From an uncultured Verrucomicrobiae bacterium (GTDB lineage Bacteria > Verrucomicrobiota > Verrucomicrobiia > Chthoniobacterales > UBA10450), in contig CAWFGO010000005.1 of NCBI GenBank assembly GCA_963815455.1, positions 160,001 through 224,000 on the forward strand: a stretch of DNA of 64,000 nucleotides, given 5' to 3'. The notes under the pieces are model-generated. The model had not been told where the DNA came from. It searched no databases and was given only the letters and a program-made list of their open reading frames with translations. The position numbers and the translations under genes are program-made. How positions within the stretch are numbered: position 1 is the first letter of the stretch; each line of letters starts with the position of its first letter. Below are positions 31,992-43,485 of this stretch, in pieces.

Positions 31992-33204
31992 CTAACTGTT
32001 CGGAATTCCCATCATCACCACGGCGAGCATGAGGGCGGTGAGTAGAGCGTAGGAAAAAATTCGTCCGACACGATGCCCCCAGCTCTTTTTGACCGAACGC
32101 GAGGACGGTGGCTTCCAGGCTTTGCAGCATGTAATAAAATGCGAACGCGCGTGAAGCCAGGCTGATGACTTCGAATGTGTTCGTAAGCCAGGTAACAACG
32201 AGGCCGAGCCCGGCGATCACGGCATAAGCGCGCCGGCTGGCCACCCAATTTCGCGTCCCTTCCGCAATCAGGCCTCCGCCGCCCAGCGTGTCGGCGACCG
32301 CGGCGCTGAACTGGCTCATGATCGCGGCAACGATTAGCATCCAGGGAAGGATCGGTGTTACGATGCGGCTCAGGTCGATAATGGCGGTGTCGTTCAGGCT
32401 CTTTAGCGATCCCGACACAGGCGTGATCAGAAGAAGAAACGCGACGTAGATGAAAGCGGAGATCCATTGGGCGTAACGCATCGTCTCGACACGTTTTCGA
32501 GCATTGTAGGCTTCGCCTAGGAAACGCGAGGTTTCGAAGCCTTGTACGATAATTAGCGACCCCATCACCATGCGGACGACGTGGAAATCGATTGGTTGAT
32601 CGCTTGGATAACTGGCGACGCGGTGCCCGGAAAAAATCAGGCCATTAACGATTGCCAGACCGACCAGCAAACCGGCGATGATCGACAGTTTGATGTTAAC
32701 CGCATATTCCTCGAGAAACTCGAGCATCTGCAGGCCGCGCCACCACCCGACCACTCCGATCCCGACGAGCAGGGCCGAAGCGATTACATGGTTCCAAACG
32801 GCATTGGCGCCCAATCCACGAAGTAGAAATGCGGCCAGCAACTGGAGATAAAATGAGACAGAAATGACGTAGGCGAAAGCGAGCGCCAGGTGCGATGCTC
32901 TTTCGCATTCGCTCAAAAAGCGTGGCGGGCTGGGCGCGGCTAGAAGCGGCTCGAGATGAACGATATTGAAGCGAATCGCGTTGCCGATCCAATAGGCGAC
33001 CGCCACGATCAACAGGACCACCGGCGCCGCCAGTCGTCCGACGCTGTGGGTAAGGAGGGGGCCAACGACAAGAAAACCGCTCCCGATAATCGAGGCCAGC
33101 GGAGTCACCGTTGCTCTCCACGTGTCGGAGCTTCGCATAGCCGGAGCGAACGCAAAGAGCAGTGTGGCAAACAGCGCACACAGAACAGCGGCGGCCGTCA
33201 GCAT
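31992..33204 (-). CDS. APC-like membrane transporter, frameshift near 32080
   Basis: TPLASIIGSGFL and VQGFETSRFLG; last TM lies in ORF 31992-32198. Confidence 0.75.
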
Positions 33205-33315
33205 TTGGATCCTACATGCCTGCGAGCGAAGAAGAGGTCAAGCGACGCCGATGTTCGCGAAGAAAAACGATTGCTGCGGAGCGATTTCGAGGCTTAATGC
33301 TCGGCTAACCCTGCG

Positions 33316-34545
33316 ATGAATATTCACGAGTATCAGGCCAAGGAACTTCTGGAGAAATTCGGCGTGGCCACGACGCGCGGGAAAGTCGCATCGACGCCGG
33401 ACGAAGCCGAACGGATCGCGCGCGAATTGAGTAATGCTAGTCCGGCTCGGACTGTCGATCTTGTGGTAAAGGCGCAGGTCCATGCGGGCGGGCGGGGGAA
33501 GGGAACATTCGCGAACGGGTTCAAGGGCGGTGTGCACATCGTAAAATCGGCGCAGGAAGCGCGCGAAGTCGCGAGCAAGATGCTGGGGCAAACATTGGTC
33601 ACGCATCAAACGGGTCCGCAGGGGCGCGTGGTGAACAAAGTTCTAGTCGCCGAAGCGGCGGAGATCGCGCGTGAGATTTACTTTGCAATTCTGCGGGACC
33701 GGCCGACCGCCTCGCCGTTGATCGTGGCAAGCACTGAAGGCGGGGTCGAAATCGAGACCGTCGCGGCGAAATCGCCCGAGAAGATTATCCGCGACCCTGT
33801 CGATTCTCTGGCCGGCCTGCAGCCGTTCCAGGCGCGAAAGTTGGCCAAACAACTCGGGTTCGAATCGTCGCAACTGAAGGCGGCATCGAAATTATTCGAT
33901 GGACTTTATCGGGCGTTCATCGGATGCGACTGTTCCCTGGTCGAGATTAATCCCCTGGTGGTAACAACAAAAGGCGACGTCCTGGCGCTCGATGCCAAAT
34001 TTGATTTCGATGATAACGCCCTCTATCGGCATCCCGACATCGCGGCCATGCGCGACGTTGCGGAGGAAGATCCGCGCGAAGTCGAAGCGTCGAAGCACGG
34101 TCTTAATTACATCGGACTCGATGGAAACATTGCCTGTCTGGTTAACGGAGCGGGACTGGCCATGGCGACAATGGACATCATCAAATTTTACGGAGGCAGT
34201 CCGGCTAATTTTCTGGACGTTGGCGGCAGCGCCACCGGCGACCAGGTCACCGAAGCATTCAAGATCCTGATCGCCGACAAAAACGTGAAGACGATTCTGA
34301 TCAACATCTTCGGCGGAATCATGAAGTGCGATGTGATCGCGCAGGGGGTCATCGATGCGGCCAAGGCGGTAAAATTGTCGGTACCGCTGGTAGTTAGGCT
34401 GGAAGGAACAAACGTTGACGCAGGCAAGAAACTGCTCGCGCAGTCCGGTCTCGCCATTGTTCCGGCCGATGATCTGGCCGATGCTGCGCAGAAAGCCGTC
34501 GCTGCGGCAGGGACCAAATCCCAAGCTTCTGGAACAGTGAAATGA
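33316..34545 (+). CDS. sucC: Succinyl-CoA synthetase beta subunit
   Basis: [32 protein letters not shown] and NFLDVGG. Confidence 0.97.
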   Translation: MNIHEYQAKELLEKFGVATTRGKVASTPDEAERIARELSNASPARTVDLVVKAQVHAGGRGKGTFANGFKGGVHIVKSAQEAREVASKMLGQTLVTHQTGPQGRVVNKVLVAEAAEIAREIYFAILRDRPTASPLIVASTEGGVEIETVAAKSPEKIIRDPVDSLAGLQPFQARKLAKQLGFESSQLKAASKLFDGLYRAFIGCDCSLVEINPLVVTTKGDVLALDAKFDFDDNALYRHPDIAAMRDVAEEDPREVEASKHGLNYIGLDGNIACLVNGAGLAMATMDIIKFYGGSPANFLDVGGSATGDQVTEAFKILIADKNVKTILINIFGGIMKCDVIAQGVIDAAKAVKLSVPLVVRLEGTNVDAGKKLLAQSGLAIVPADDLADAAQKAVAAAGTKSQASGTVK

Positions 34546-34919
34546 AAATTACAGAAATCGCATTTGTCGGTATCCCTGTAATAAACATGAAAGATGCGCG
34601 CGCATTTTACGAGGGTGTATTGGGTTTAGAGCCCGATCCGGAGATGTCGGGCGACATGTGGACGGAATACCCGATCGGCACCGGCACTCTGGCGGTCGGA
34701 TGCGTCGGCGATCAATGGAAGCCATCCAATGATGGGACGAGTGCGGCCTTTGAAGTGGAAAACCTCAAGGAGGCGATGGCTCGGCTGACCGAGCGCAAGA
34801 TTTCGTATCACGAAGTCGAATCACCAGTTTGCCGAATGCTCATCGTTGAAGATCCGGACGGAAACAAGCTGATCATTCACAAACGTAAAACGGAACAGGA
34901 AAGGGAAAACACTCAGTGA
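34542..34919 (+). CDS. VOC/glyoxalase family protein
   Basis: [11 protein letters not shown] and DPDGNKL. Confidence 0.85.
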   Translation: MKITEIAFVGIPVINMKDARAFYEGVLGLEPDPEMSGDMWTEYPIGTGTLAVGCVGDQWKPSNDGTSAAFEVENLKEAMARLTERKISYHEVESPVCRMLIVEDPDGNKLIIHKRKTEQERENTQ

Positions 34920-35276
34920 TTACAAACGAAGTAGCCTTTATCGCAATCGCGGTGTCCGACAAGGAACGGGCGCGCAAGTTTTATCAGGAAACGCTCGAAC
35001 TAAAGCCGACCAGCACACAAATGGATGGTGCCTGGGTCGAGTACCGATCTTGGGCCGACCACGATCGGGGTGGGATGTCATCCCGCCTGGCAGCCGTCGC
35101 GTGACGGAACAACCGTTGCGTTCGAGGTCGAGGACATTGACGCGGCCATCAAGAAACTGAAAGAACGGGGCGTCAGTTTCGACATCGAAAAAATGGAGAC
35201 CCCGGTTTGCTGGATGGCGCAATTCCGCGATCCGGATGGGAACAAACTGGTTGTACACAAACGGAAAAAGAAATGA
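34916..35276 (+). CDS. VOC family protein, tandem paralog, frameshift near 35043
   Basis: Two ORF halves matching the upstream paralog. Confidence 0.8.
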
Positions 35277-35446
35277 GCCTGGAAGCGAGGAAACCAGGAA
35301 AAAAGGGTCATCCTGAGCGAAGTCGAAGGATCCCGCGGCGTTACCGTCAAGCTTTCAATACGGGATTCCTCGACTTCCCGCCTTCGCTGTGCTACGGCGC
35401 GGCGAGCGCTCGGAATGACAGGATCGGTATTCTGTTTTCCTAAGAT

Positions 35447-36330
35447 ATGTCTGTATTGGTTGATAAAAATACGCGGCTTCTGGTGCAGGGAATCACCGGC
35501 AGCGTCGGTGGATTTCACGCGCGGCAATGCATGGAATATGGGACGAAGGTGGTCGCGGGCGTTACGCCCGGGAAAGGCGGGCAGATGTTCGATGGTAAGG
35601 TCCCGGTCTTCGACACCGTTTATGAAGCGAGGCGGGAAACGAACTGCAACGTTTCGGTGATTTTCGTGCCGGCGCCGGCTGCGGCGGATTCAATTCTGGA
35701 GGCGGTCGATGCCGGTGTCGATCTTGTCATTTGCATCACGGAAGGGATTCCGGTGCTGGACATGATGCGGGTGAAAGCGCAAATGCGCGGGAAAAGATCG
35801 CGACTGATCGGGCCGAATTGCCCGGGAATCATTACGCCCGGCGCATGCAAGATCGGGATCATGCCCGGTTACATTCACAAACCGGGGAACGTGGGCGTGA
35901 TCTCGCGCTCGGGCACGCTGACTTACGAAGCGGTGTGGCAATTGACTTCGCGCGGCTATGGCCAATCGACTTGCATCGGAATCGGGGGCGATCCGGTCAA
36001 TGGGATGTCGCACCTCGATGCGGTGAAACTTTTCAACGAAGATCAAAATACCGAAGCGATGGTCCTGATCGGCGAAATCGGCGGCTCAGCCGAAGAAGAA
36101 GCGGCTGAATGGATCAAGACAAACTGCAAGAAACCTATCGCAGCGTTTATCGCGGGCTTGACTGCACCGCCCGGGCGCAGAATGGGACACGCCGGGGCGA
36201 TTGTCTCGGGCGGGAAAGGAACCGCAGCTGGAAAGATCGAAGCGCTCGAGCGGCGGGAATTGCCATTGCTGAAACTCCGGCGAGAATGGCGGATACACTG
36301 ATCGAGAAAATGAAGGGTGGAAAAACATGA
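35447..36330 (+). CDS. sucD: Succinyl-CoA synthetase alpha subunit, frameshift near 36250
   Basis: [21 protein letters not shown] and MGHAGA. Confidence 0.95.
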
Positions 36331-37448
36331 CATCACGCGGGCTTGAAGGTGTTGTAGCCAATACGACGCGGTTGAGCGCCGTGGTCGGCGATAAGGGCCA
36401 GCTCGTTTACTGCGGGTACGACATCAATGAACTGGCGGGCAAAGTCAGTTACGAAGAAGTCGTTTATCTTCTTTGGAACAATAAGTTGCCGAATCGCGCC
36501 GAGCTCGACCGATGCGCAAATCAGTTGCGCTCGCTGCGCAAGTTGCCGGATGGCGTTGTTGATTTTATCAAAGGTGCGCCGAAAAATGCCGCGCCAATGG
36601 ATGTGATTCGCACGGCCGTTTCCATGCTTGGTCTTTACGATCCAAATATTCGCGAAGCGACTGTGGAAAAAGGTAAGGAACGGGCGCGCAGCATCACGGC
36701 GAAGATCGGCGTGATCGCGGCTTACTTTCACCGGGCCCGAAATAATAAACCGCTGCCTCCGGTACGCGATGATTTGGGCGAAGCTGCGCATTTTCTTTAT
36801 TTGATGAATGGCGAAGCGCCCCCGAAAGAAGCGGCCGACACGCTCGACGTGGCGTTTGTTCTTCACGCCGACCACGGCATGAACGCATCGACTTTTAGCG
36901 CGCGGGTGACCATTTCCACGCTGAGCGACATGTATTCGGCGATCACTTCGGCCATCGGCACGTTGAAGGGACCGCTGCACGGCGGCGCCAACGAAGGCGT
37001 GATTCAAATGTTGGAGGAAATCGGCGATGAAAAGAATGTGGACGCCTACATCGAGAAACAACTGGCGGAGAAAAAGAAAATCATGGGGATCGGTCATCGG
37101 GTTTACAAAACGCTCGATCCGCGGGCGCCGCATTTCCGGACGATGGCGATCAAGCTGAGCGAAAAGATTGGCGAACCGAAATGGATTCGGATGAGCGAGC
37201 GGATCGCCGAGTTGATGAAGGAGAAGAAGAACCTGAACGCGAACGTCGATTTTTATTCGGCCACGGTTTATCACTCGCTCGGCATTCCGACGGATTTGTT
37301 TACGCCGGTGTTTGCTATCGCCCGCTGCTCCGGGTGGTGCGCGCACGTTCTGGAACAGCTCGAAGATAATCGTCTTTACCGGCCATTGAGCGAGTACGTA
37401 GGGGAACCGGCAGGGAAGAAAGTCGTTCCGATCGACGAGCGGCCTTGA
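36327..37448 (+). CDS. Citrate synthase (short type)
   Basis: HADHGMNAST, GPLHGGAN, GIGHRVYK and NVDFYS. Confidence 0.95.
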   Translation: MTSRGLEGVVANTTRLSAVVGDKGQLVYCGYDINELAGKVSYEEVVYLLWNNKLPNRAELDRCANQLRSLRKLPDGVVDFIKGAPKNAAPMDVIRTAVSMLGLYDPNIREATVEKGKERARSITAKIGVIAAYFHRARNNKPLPPVRDDLGEAAHFLYLMNGEAPPKEAADTLDVAFVLHADHGMNASTFSARVTISTLSDMYSAITSAIGTLKGPLHGGANEGVIQMLEEIGDEKNVDAYIEKQLAEKKKIMGIGHRVYKTLDPRAPHFRTMAIKLSEKIGEPKWIRMSERIAELMKEKKNLNANVDFYSATVYHSLGIPTDLFTPVFAIARCSGWCAHVLEQLEDNRLYRPLSEYVGEPAGKKVVPIDERP

Positions 37449-37482
37449 GTCGCTCGCGCGACTCTGTCAAGACTGCTACCGG

Positions 37483-38481
37483 ATGAAGCGAATTCTACTT
37501 ATCGGCCTGGGCCGCTGGGGCACGAACCACCTGCGCGTTCTAAAATCGATGCCGATCGAGCTATTCGCGGCCGATCACGACGAGACGCGCCTGGATGCAT
37601 CGGGCATACCCGAAAGTCATCGCAGCAAGGACCCGCGTTCGTTGTTCTCCAAGGTGGACGCGGCCGTGGTCGTTACCCCGGCGCAAGCCCACTTCGAAGC
37701 CTGCCGAGAGTTGCTTGGAATGGGGAAGGATGTGTTTGTGGAAAAACCGATCAGCCTCATTGCAAATGAAGCGCTGGAATTGGCACAGTTGGCCGAGAAG
37801 AACGGATTGATCTTGCAGGTGGGATACATTTTTCGTTTCGATCCGGCATCGGTCTGGATGCGGGACGCGATTGGGCAAGGTCGATTCGGTAAACTCAAGA
37901 TGCTGCGAGCGAAGTTCAGCGGGTTCAAGCGTCCGCGGCAGGATACCGGTGTTACGTTTGCCGACAGCATTCACTTTATCGATCTGTTCAACTTTCTTCT
38001 CGGAACGCCGCCCCGGCGTGTTCATGCTGTGCTCCGGGATTTTTTTGGACGCGGTATGGATGACGAATCGCATATTGTGATGGAATACGATCGAGGCGAT
38101 GGCGTTCCGATACTCGCCACCGTCGAGGCAGGCTATCACGAGCCGGGAAAATTCCGGGAAGTCACCATTATCGGGACGGATTCGTCCGCGGTGTGCGATT
38201 ACAACGTGGCTCAGTATAAAATAAAGACGTTTGAGAACCGGCATGTGGTGGACAAGGGCGAGATAAGAGCGCAGGAAGGCGCGGTGCATCAGCTCGAGTT
38301 TCCTCCTGAGGAGCCGCTTCGGGCCGAGTTGGCGGCGTTCAAGGATTCCATCGAGAAACGGAGCGCGACGCCGGTTGATGGATGGTCGGGATTCGATGCG
38401 GTCCGCGTGGTTGAAGGCGCGCTTGAATCGGTGCGAACAGGAAATTGGATCGACATCCCAAAACAAGATCGCGGTGCCTGA
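37483..38481 (+). CDS. Gfo/Idh/MocA oxidoreductase
   Basis: IGLGRWG, VEKP and DSIH. Confidence 0.85.
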   Translation: MKRILLIGLGRWGTNHLRVLKSMPIELFAADHDETRLDASGIPESHRSKDPRSLFSKVDAAVVVTPAQAHFEACRELLGMGKDVFVEKPISLIANEALELAQLAEKNGLILQVGYIFRFDPASVWMRDAIGQGRFGKLKMLRAKFSGFKRPRQDTGVTFADSIHFIDLFNFLLGTPPRRVHAVLRDFFGRGMDDESHIVMEYDRGDGVPILATVEAGYHEPGKFREVTIIGTDSSAVCDYNVAQYKIKTFENRHVVDKGEIRAQEGAVHQLEFPPEEPLRAELAAFKDSIEKRSATPVDGWSGFDAVRVVEGALESVRTGNWIDIPKQDRGA

Positions 38482-38482
38482 G

Positions 38483-39572
38483 ATGAAAAAGATCCCGCTC
38501 TCGCGAGTTTTTTTGACAGATGAAGTACGCGAGGCCGCGATGCGCGCGCTTGACTCGGGTTCGTACATCCTGGCAAAGGAGTGCGAAGCGTTTGAGTCTG
38601 AGCTGGCCAGTTACACCGGCACGAAGGAAGCGGTGCTCTGTTCGTCGTGGACGGCTGGCGGCTTTCTGCTTCATCACGCGATGGGATTGAAACCGGGTGA
38701 CGAGATTCTGGTGCCGTCGCATACCGCGTTTCCGTCGATCGAGCCGATGATCCATTTCGGCGCGAAACCGGTCTTCATCGACATCGACGGAACCTACTGC
38801 CTCGATGTCGATCTTCTCGAGGCGGCGATCACGCCGCGCACCGTTGGGGTTCTTCCGGTGCATCTCTACGGTCACCCGGCAAATCTTGATCGTGTGTTCG
38901 AAATCGCGCGGAAGCACAGCCTTCTGGGTGATCGAGGATTGCGCCCAGGCGCACGGTGCGAAATTCAAGGGCAAACGCGTCGGCTCGATGGGGATTGCAG
39001 GCGCGTTCTCATTTTTCCCATCGAAAAATCTGACCGTGATGGGCGATGGCGGCTGCATCACGACGAATGACAGCGCTCTGGCGGACAATCTGCGGATGCT
39101 GCGAAATCACGGTCGCAAATCGAAATACATTCATGAGGTCGTCGGCTACAATTATCGGTTTAACGAGATCCAGGCCGCGATCGGTCGCGTCGAGCTGCGT
39201 AACATCGACAAGTTGAACGAACATCGGCGTCGGGTTGCTGCTCGCTACAACGAGCGGCTCAGTGACGTCGTCAAAACGCCGCCGGAGAAAGAATGGGCAC
39301 AGGCTGTTTACCATATGTACGTTATCCGGACACCGCGCCGGGACGATTTGGCCAAGCATCTGCAAAGCAGGGGAATCGGCACCGGCATTCATTATCCGGT
39401 GGCCAACCACCAGCAGCCGGCCATCACCAAGCTTTATTCCGATTTGCCAAAACTCCCGCAGACCGAATCCGCGGTGAACGAAATTCTCTCGTTGCCGATC
39501 TACGGCGAGTTGCCGATTGAGGATGTCGATCATGTTTGCGATTCGATCCTGGAATTTTTCGGCAAGGAATGA
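38483..39572 (+). CDS. DegT/DnrJ aminotransferase, frameshift near 38922
   Basis: PVHLYG, then IEDCAQAHG and FSFFPSKNL. Confidence 0.9.
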
Positions 39573-40303
39573 ACGCGCCGGAAGTCAGTCTGGTGATTCC
39601 GTGTCATAACGAGGAGAAAAATCTGGAGCCGCTGCTTTCGGCGATTCACGCGGCAATGGATCCGCGCGGTTCGGACTATGAAATGGTGATTACGGACGAT
39701 TGCAGCACGGACAATTCGTGGAGCGTTTTGAAACAACTTGCCGGGAACGATCCGCGTTTACGCGTCCAGCGTTTCAAATTCAATTGCGGCGAATCGGCGG
39801 CGAGCTGGGCGGGAATGCAGATTGCCCGCGGCCGATACATCGCGACGCTGGATGCCGATTTGCAAAACGATCCCAAAGATCTGCCGGCCATGCTCGTTGC
39901 GCTCAAGAGCGCCGATTGCGTCTGCGGCACGCGAGTGGCCACGCGCGGCACTGGCGACAACTGGCTTCGGATCGCATCCTCGCGCATCGCCAATTGGGTG
40001 CGCAATAAACTCTCGGGAGAAAATATCACCGATGCCGGGTGCACCTATCGCGTGTTTAAACGCGAATGCATCGAGCAAGTAAAATTCTTCAACGGCGCAC
40101 ATCGGTTTCTTCCCACTTTGATAAAGATGGACGGGTTCCAAGTTGTCGAAGTGCCGGTTTCGACAAATCCACGCTTCTCCGGCGCGAGTCATTACGGTGT
40201 CTGGAACCGTTTGTTTAAATCGTTCCGCGACCTGCTCGGGGTGCGCTGGATGAAATCCAGAAGAATCCAATACGAGATCGCCGAAACACCCAACTCCTTA
40301 TGA
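39569..40303 (+). CDS. ArnC/DPM-like GT2 glycosyltransferase
   Basis: DDCSTD, DADLQND and HRFLP. Confidence 0.9.
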   Translation: MNAPEVSLVIPCHNEEKNLEPLLSAIHAAMDPRGSDYEMVITDDCSTDNSWSVLKQLAGNDPRLRVQRFKFNCGESAASWAGMQIARGRYIATLDADLQNDPKDLPAMLVALKSADCVCGTRVATRGTGDNWLRIASSRIANWVRNKLSGENITDAGCTYRVFKRECIEQVKFFNGAHRFLPTLIKMDGFQVVEVPVSTNPRFSGASHYGVWNRLFKSFRDLLGVRWMKSRRIQYEIAETPNSL

Positions 40304-40677
40304 ACACACTCACAATTATCGCCATCACCTGGATCGGGAAAGAATACCGTTTTCTCGGACTCGATTGGAATTATCTCGTGATTCTCGGACTGATCGGGAA
40401 CGTCCTTTTCTCGATGCGTTTTCTCGTTCAGTGGTATGCCTCCGAGCGGCAGGGGGAAAGTGTGATTCCGGTATCGTTCTGGTACTGGAGCATTGCCGGT
40501 AGCATCATCATGTGCCTTTATTTTATTTTCCGGCGCGATCCGGTCGGCATCCTGGCGTATCTGCCGAACTCGATGATCTATATTCGCAACCTGATGCTGA
40601 TCCGGAAGCGGAAGTTTGCCTACACCGCCGCGGCGCCATCGCAACACCCGCGCGAGACCGACCAGCCGAGACAGTAA
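40300..40677 (+). CDS. Lipid A biosynthesis N-terminal domain (LAB_N) protein
   Basis: FSMRFLVQWYASE..SVIPVSFWYWS..YIRNL. Confidence 0.85.
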   Translation: MNTLTIIAITWIGKEYRFLGLDWNYLVILGLIGNVLFSMRFLVQWYASERQGESVIPVSFWYWSIAGSIIMCLYFIFRRDPVGILAYLPNSMIYIRNLMLIRKRKFAYTAAAPSQHPRETDQPRQ

Positions 40678-40683
40678 TCGGGT

Positions 40684-42657
40684 TCAAGCGCCCGTTCTCA
40701 CAGGAGAGATCGCGGATGCATCGTCCTGTGGCAATGCGAATGGCGGGACCGGACAATCAAGCGCGTCGGCGATCGTCCGGAGCAGCTCGGCCTCGCTTTC
40801 CTGGATGATGCCATCGGCGGCGACGGTTTGCGCGCAGGCGTTGAGGACATTTTTTTTGATTTGCGGCACGGCTTGATTGAGACGTTGCAGAGCGGCGTCC
40901 AGATGCGAGAGATCGCATTGGTCGGGAGGCAACCACGGAATTTCGCAGCGAGCCGCGCGACTCAATGACTGAACGCCCTGAGTAAAAGCAGCGTACGCTT
41001 GGGTGGCATCATCATGACCGGCATAGGCCGTCGCCGACAAAAGTACACCGCAATCGGACGCCAACGGGCGCAGATCATAGAATTGGACGACCGCTCTCCG
41101 AGTCGGAAAGAAATACGCTTCGAGATGACGCGTCACGATTTTTTGCAACATGAATTCGAACAAATCGGTCTCGGTGTCGCTCTCGATCAAGGTTTTCACG
41201 GCCGCGCGGAACTGCTCGAATTGGAGGGGCGAAAAGCGACGCAGCGCCGGCAAGGCAAGATCGACAATGGGAATTTTGGCGTGAGCCGGAATGTTTTGAA
41301 CATCGGGCCAGATGCGCAGCGTTTCCTCACCGGTCGCATCCGATGTAACACGAGAAAGCTGATCGATCTGTTTCTGCCGCACTGATGGCTCGTTGCTGAG
41401 CAGAAACGCGTAGACCAACGCGCTGGCTCCGAGCGGGTCGCGGGTGGCAGCTTCGAGTGATGGAGACATCACCAGGTTGAACTCGGTCGCGTATCGAAGA
41501 TGGCGCGTCGCTGGTTGACCGACACTGGCAATGACGGCCTGTTCGGCGACGCTCGGCAGCACCAGGCTCCCCAATGTTTCAGGCATGACGGGAAAACCTG
41601 GAATCAAAGGCGGACGAGCCGGTTGCGGTTTCTCCGGAGCGGCCGGCATGTCGATGCTCGGTTCTTCCACCACGCTTGGGAATTTCCCATCGAAGCTTGG
41701 GTCCAATTCGCGAATGCGTTCGATCAATGGCGGATGCGTTGCCATTAAACCAAAAAATGAATCGCCCATGCCGTTGGCAAAAAAGAGATGGCTCGCTTCT
41801 TCGGCGTGCGGCGATTCCAGACGCGATCCATATTCGAGCCCGCCGATTTTCTTGAGAGCACTCGCCAGCCCTCCGGGGTTACGCGTGAACTGCACCGAGG
41901 AGGCGTCGGCCAGAGATTCGCGTTGCCGGCTGACTGCCGCCTGGATCAATCGTCCGAAGAACACGCCGGCCCAGCCTATTATTATGAGGGCCAGACCAAA
42001 TAACGGCAGGGGATTCTTGCGTCCCCGGGTCCGGATGAGCACGCGTCCGATTACAGTCAGACAGAGAATTCCGAAAATCAGGCCCATGAGACGGAGATTC
42101 AGCCGCATATCGCCATTGAGAACGTGACTGAACTCGTGACCGATGACGCCTTGCAGTTCGTCCCGCGAAAGCAGCTCCATGCAACCGCGCGTCACGCCGA
42201 TGGCGGCATCGCTTGAGGAGTGGCCGGCCGCGAACGCGTTGATCCCGGGCTCGCCGTCCAGCACGTAAACCTGCGGGACCGGCACGCCGGACGCGATCGC
42301 CATTTCTTCAACCACGTTGAGGAGCTTGCGTTCGTGCGCTTCTGTCGTGTTCGAGTTGATCAACCGTCCGTCCAGGAGCTCGGCCACGGCGCTGCCGCCG
42401 CTCGAGAGTTCCATGGTCTTGAATACGCTGCCGATTGAGATGATGGCGAGAGTGCCGAGCGTCGCCCACAACATCACGTCGGTCTGCGACCACGCGAGCG
42501 TTGTCTCTTCGACAGAGCTTTTGACCGCCATGCCGGTGAAGATCAGCGAGACCGCCGTATCCACCGCCACGATCAGTGACAGGACAGCGAGCGAAAAATA
42601 AAATACCAGCAGTTTGGTATTTCGTCGGGCTTTGTCCTGGCGCGCGAAGAAGTCCAC
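40684..42657 (-). CDS. M48 (HtpX-like) metallopeptidase
   Basis: HEFSH, SRQRESLAD and THPPL. Confidence 0.9.
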   Translation of the reverse strand: MDFFARQDKARRNTKLLVFYFSLAVLSLIVAVDTAVSLIFTGMAVKSSVEETTLAWSQTDVMLWATLGTLAIISIGSVFKTMELSSGGSAVAELLDGRLINSNTTEAHERKLLNVVEEMAIASGVPVPQVYVLDGEPGINAFAAGHSSSDAAIGVTRGCMELLSRDELQGVIGHEFSHVLNGDMRLNLRLMGLIFGILCLTVIGRVLIRTRGRKNPLPLFGLALIIIGWAGVFFGRLIQAAVSRQRESLADASSVQFTRNPGGLASALKKIGGLEYGSRLESPHAEEASHLFFANGMGDSFFGLMATHPPLIERIRELDPSFDGKFPSVVEEPSIDMPAAPEKPQPARPPLIPGFPVMPETLGSLVLPSVAEQAVIASVGQPATRHLRYATEFNLVMSPSLEAATRDPLGASALVYAFLLSNEPSVRQKQIDQLSRVTSDATGEETLRIWPDVQNIPAHAKIPIVDLALPALRRFSPLQFEQFRAAVKTLIESDTETDLFEFMLQKIVTRHLEAYFFPTRRAVVQFYDLRPLASDCGVLLSATAYAGHDDATQAYAAFTQGVQSLSRAARCEIPWLPPDQCDLSHLDAALQRLNQAVPQIKKNVLNACAQTVAADGIIQESEAELLRTIADALDCPVPPFALPQDDASAISPVRTGA

Positions 42658-42681
42658 CCGGTCGCGATTTGATGAGATGGA

Positions 42682-43269
42682 CTAGAATGCGACCTTGGGC
42701 GCTTCCTTTTGTTCCGGCTTGTCGATCACGAACAGTTCCGCCTGCGCAAAATTAAACGTGTTCGCAATGATATTGGTTGGAAAAACTTCGCGGCGAGTGT
42801 TGTAGCCCATGACCGCATCATTGTAAGCCTGCCGCGCGAACGAGACCCGATTTTCGGTCGAGCTCAGTTCTTCCATCAAGGACAGCATCGTCGTGTTCGC
42901 TTTGAGGTCCGGATACGCTTCGGCCAGCGCGAACAGCCGGCCCAGGGTCCCGGACAACGCGCCTTCCGCCGATGAAATCTCTTTCATCGCCGAGGCATCG
43001 CCCGGGTTTTGAGCGGCGCGAGCATTGGCGGTCGCCGCCGCGTTCCTGGCCGCGATCACCGCCTCGAGTGTACCCCGCTCGTGTTGGAGATAACCCTTGG
43101 CGGTCTCGACCAAATTCGGAATGAGATCGTACCGCCGTTTGAGCTGCACATCGATCTGCGCGTAAGCGTTCTTGTAGCGGTTGCGCAAAGTGACCAGCGC
43201 GTTGTAGGCGCCGATCACGAACATTACCGCCACAACGATGATGCCGATTAGGATCAAGCCTGCGATCAT
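42682..43269 (-). CDS. lemA: LemA family protein
   Basis: IDVQLKRRYDLIPNLVE and EAYPDLKAN. Confidence 0.95.
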   Translation of the reverse strand: MIAGLILIGIIVVAVMFVIGAYNALVTLRNRYKNAYAQIDVQLKRRYDLIPNLVETAKGYLQHERGTLEAVIAARNAAATANARAAQNPGDASAMKEISSAEGALSGTLGRLFALAEAYPDLKANTTMLSLMEELSSTENRVSFARQAYNDAVMGYNTRREVFPTNIIANTFNFAQAELFVIDKPEQKEAPKVAF

Positions 43270-43485
43270 TGAAGTTCCTTTCGTTCAGATTCTCGTTCTA
43301 ACGGCACTAGAAGCCATCTTCGCAATGTATCAAGCCTGTCATCCGGAGCGAAGCGAAGGATCTCCCGACTGTTCTATCCGCGAGGTAATGGAGATAGTCA
43401 GAGATGTTTCGCTACGCGCAGGACGGCACACATTCGGAAAAGAAATCCGTGTCATCCGCGTAATCCGTGGTTAAAAGTCTAAGCC

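Noticed and set aside
31753..33204. 483-aa transporter fused to a basic tail
   Set aside because: Probably an artefact: the final TM helix is in another frame ending at 31992 and the tail has its own ATG
36333..38568. Long antisense ORFs opposite citrate synthase and the oxidoreductase
   Set aside because: Typical high-GC shadow ORFs
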